DNA from: Takakia lepidozioides
Taxonomy: Eukaryota; Plantae; Bryophyta
Direction of reading: 5' to 3'
Assembly: GCA_030704615.1 (NCBI GenBank)
Contig: CM060732.1
Span: 55,862,001-55,926,000 of the forward strand
Length of the DNA stretch: 64,000 nt
Shown here: in pieces, positions 61,697 to 64,000 of the stretch
Layout: every line of letters begins with the position of its first letter
How positions within the stretch are numbered: the first letter of the stretch is position 1
Program-made: the position numbers and the translations under genes
Notes under the pieces: generated by a model
Told to the model about the DNA's origin: nothing
Seen by the model: only the letters and a program-made list of their open reading frames with translations
The model's database searches: none

Positions 61697-63149
61697 ATTC
61701 AAAAAATAGTAGGAACAATGTAGCTTTGTGGAGAATAAAGGGGTACTGAAACAACGCACTCTTAATCCTCCCACATTTCCTACGACAGTTAAAATGTATT
61801 TACCTTCCAATGAAAATGCAGTAGCAATTCAAGGTGAAGTTACACCATAAGTCACCAAGTTGTACCAAGCAAATCTTAAGAAACATATTGGTTTCAAATT
61901 TGCTAATTCTTCTGAGTATAACTTTCAACCACTAAATATATTTCAACTTTCAAAAGAATTAAAAAGGTTAGGGTCGCAAGATCGCCTATGCTCATTGCTC
62001 TACCTTGGGCAGAGCCCACTTGTGTTTAATCAGATCTAGACCATCTTTTTGGGCACACATCATCTTGGCAGCATTTGCGCAAAAGCCCCCCATTCTCTTC
62101 AGTTTGACTCATAAACCAACATGTTTCTTAACCCTTAAAAGACGAGGTAATTTTACCACTTTTGGGTCAAAACATTATATACCCTGATGTACCTAGCCAT
62201 ATCTTCCCACCCCCATTCATCCACATGGATAAACCATATAAACTCATCCATACTGACAACATGAACCCTCTCGCAGAATCTAGGCAAAATTTATTACAAA
62301 AAAGCAATGACATAACTTGGAACCTAGTTAAAACTTGCATCACAAATTTAATTTGACCAAGAAAATTCTGCAAGTAATTGCAAATTTTTCCTTGATGAAT
62401 GCACTCCACATTCACAATTAGGGGCACATAGTAAGTATTATCTCAAAATTTCAGAGTGAAAGATCAAAATCTGCTTTGTATGTGAATTTAGGGAGGTAAA
62501 ATATCCACATTTTCTCTACTAAGATCGACGCTCCTAAAATGTCCCATGATTTAACTAAGAATCCAATTTCTTGAGGTGAGTCTATGCTTTGCAAATATCT
62601 AAACTACACCGCAAAAAGAAAATTTGAATTTATAGCAAAATGCCAAGTTGGATGAATAATTTGTGAATTTCTTGACCATTGGCAAATTAAGTGCGTGGCT
62701 AGCGCCCGACCTACCACATGGCGGTCAACTTGCGGGGACATTCCCTTGCTCTACCAAAATCTTGGACCTCCTGACATTTCAAAAATTCTAGCGTGTAAGG
62801 ATTTAATTATTTGTACACACCATTTGATGCAGCACGTAGAGGAGAACAGGGCCCGCATTTTTCATTCAGATTACACCTCCATCCGAGTTCATCCATGTAT
62901 GATACCACGTGGATGAAAAATGATACGACCCATTTTGGGCAGTCCGGGCACGTTCTAAAAAATGACGATGATGATGTGGCACTAGGGCATCCTAGTCCTG
63001 CTCTATGCTAAAACTAGTCTCCGACCTTCAGTTGTCACTAGAACTAGGGCTGCGCATTGCTCCGCACTACTGGTGACGACTTCTGAGGACAATGTTTATT
63101 TTGATTGGGAATATATTTTATAGCCACCCATCCACCGGTCCGTCGGATA

Positions 63150-63370
63150 GTCTAGTCTGTTCTTGAGAGTCTGCTGGAGGGTCCACTCTGCAGTCTAGTC
63201 CACTTTACAAGTCCACTGGAGGGTCCAATATACATGCAGAGTCTAGTCCAGTACTGGTCTAGTCTACTCTGCAAGTCCGCTGGAGGGTCCACTCTACGTG
63301 CAGAGTGGACTGTGAGTCCACCTGCCCACTCCACTACAGGGTCTGCCCAGTCCGCTGGAAGGTCCGCCCC
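63150..63370 (+). repeat. Degenerate tandem array of AGTCYRCTGGAGGGTCCA units
   Basis: Four recognisable units sharing the AGTCYG/AGTCCA core of the MULE arrays. Confidence 0.65.
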
Positions 63371-63635
63371 CGTAGAAGAACAAGAACTTTGAAAAAATTT
63401 AGAAAGAACCATTATACAAAATATATAATTAAGATCACACATTACCACAGCCCATTACCACCTGAACACCAAACCTCATGCTCATTATGGATTGCTCTTA
63501 ACCACCACACTACCCGCTGCTTTCTACAAACTTTGAAAATAACTTATATGTGCATTCCCAATACATGTTTTATGTGTTTTATGGGCCGCACATACCTGCT
63601 TGCCCGATAGACCCAACAGCAGACTGAGCCGCAGC

Positions 63636-63927
63636 AGGGCATACACAACCACAGCCTACATGCTATACATAACAACTTCAACACACCCACCACCACTATC
63701 CACCAATGTTTCAAAGCCATCAATTTCACGGCCATTGGATCCTCACCGCCATCATCACCAACAAACGCAAACACGAACACACATGCACTTAGATCCCCCT
63801 AGGCACTCCAGTGTCTACTGTACCCATATGGCCCACCCTTGAAATAGGGCAGTAGCCACAAGACGAAGTGGCTCTTAGTTATGCCGGCTTTGGCTGGAGT
63901 CTTCTTCTTCTTCTTCTTCTTCTTCTT
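63636..63927 (+). mobile_element. 3' fragment of the same RLE-type LINE family with a (CTT)9 tail
   Basis: GIHNHSLHAIHNNFNTPTTTIHQCFKAINFTAIG..LTAIITNKRKHE is homologous to the 57134 copy. The shared 3' motif follows, then (CTT)9 at 63901-63927. Confidence 0.7.
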
Positions 63928-64000
63928 GCCCCACCGTCTTCCATTCCACATGTTCCATTCCGTGTGTTTCATTCCACAGAAGGCCATGGGGCTTGTGTTC

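Overview
Eukaryotic nuclear DNA from a land plant. A non-seed, bryophyte-like lineage is my inference from the PLS-PPR style and the transposon content. Left half (genes): the 3' exons of an NPF/PTR transporter; a tandem array of four minus-strand PLS-PPR RNA-editing factor genes (copy 1 intact, copy 3 intact in its PPR-DYW part, copies 2 and 4 decayed) with a dirigent gene between copies 3 and 4; an L1-type LINE remnant; and a 14-exon WD40/GRG-rich TFIIIC-subunit-like gene. Right half (nested transposons): a 17.5-kb Mutator-like element with long TIRs, a 9-bp TSD, a decayed transposase, a Ulp1 protease and pervasive AGTCYG motif arrays. It carries a very young chromodomain Ty3/gypsy element and abuts a decayed dUTPase-bearing gypsy element. 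Further right are 3' fragments of an RLE-type LINE, a GH18 chitinase and piggyBac-like MITEs. Main observation: all four PPR copies show, 5' of the PPR tract, an OSB-type 'PDF' ssDNA-binding motif or a remnant of one. The motif is intron-split in copies 1-3, and in copy 1 it splices in frame to give transit peptide-PDF-PLS15-E-DYW. This is a candidate ssDNA/nucleoid-tethered organellar cytidine deaminase family that the ORF track does not show.
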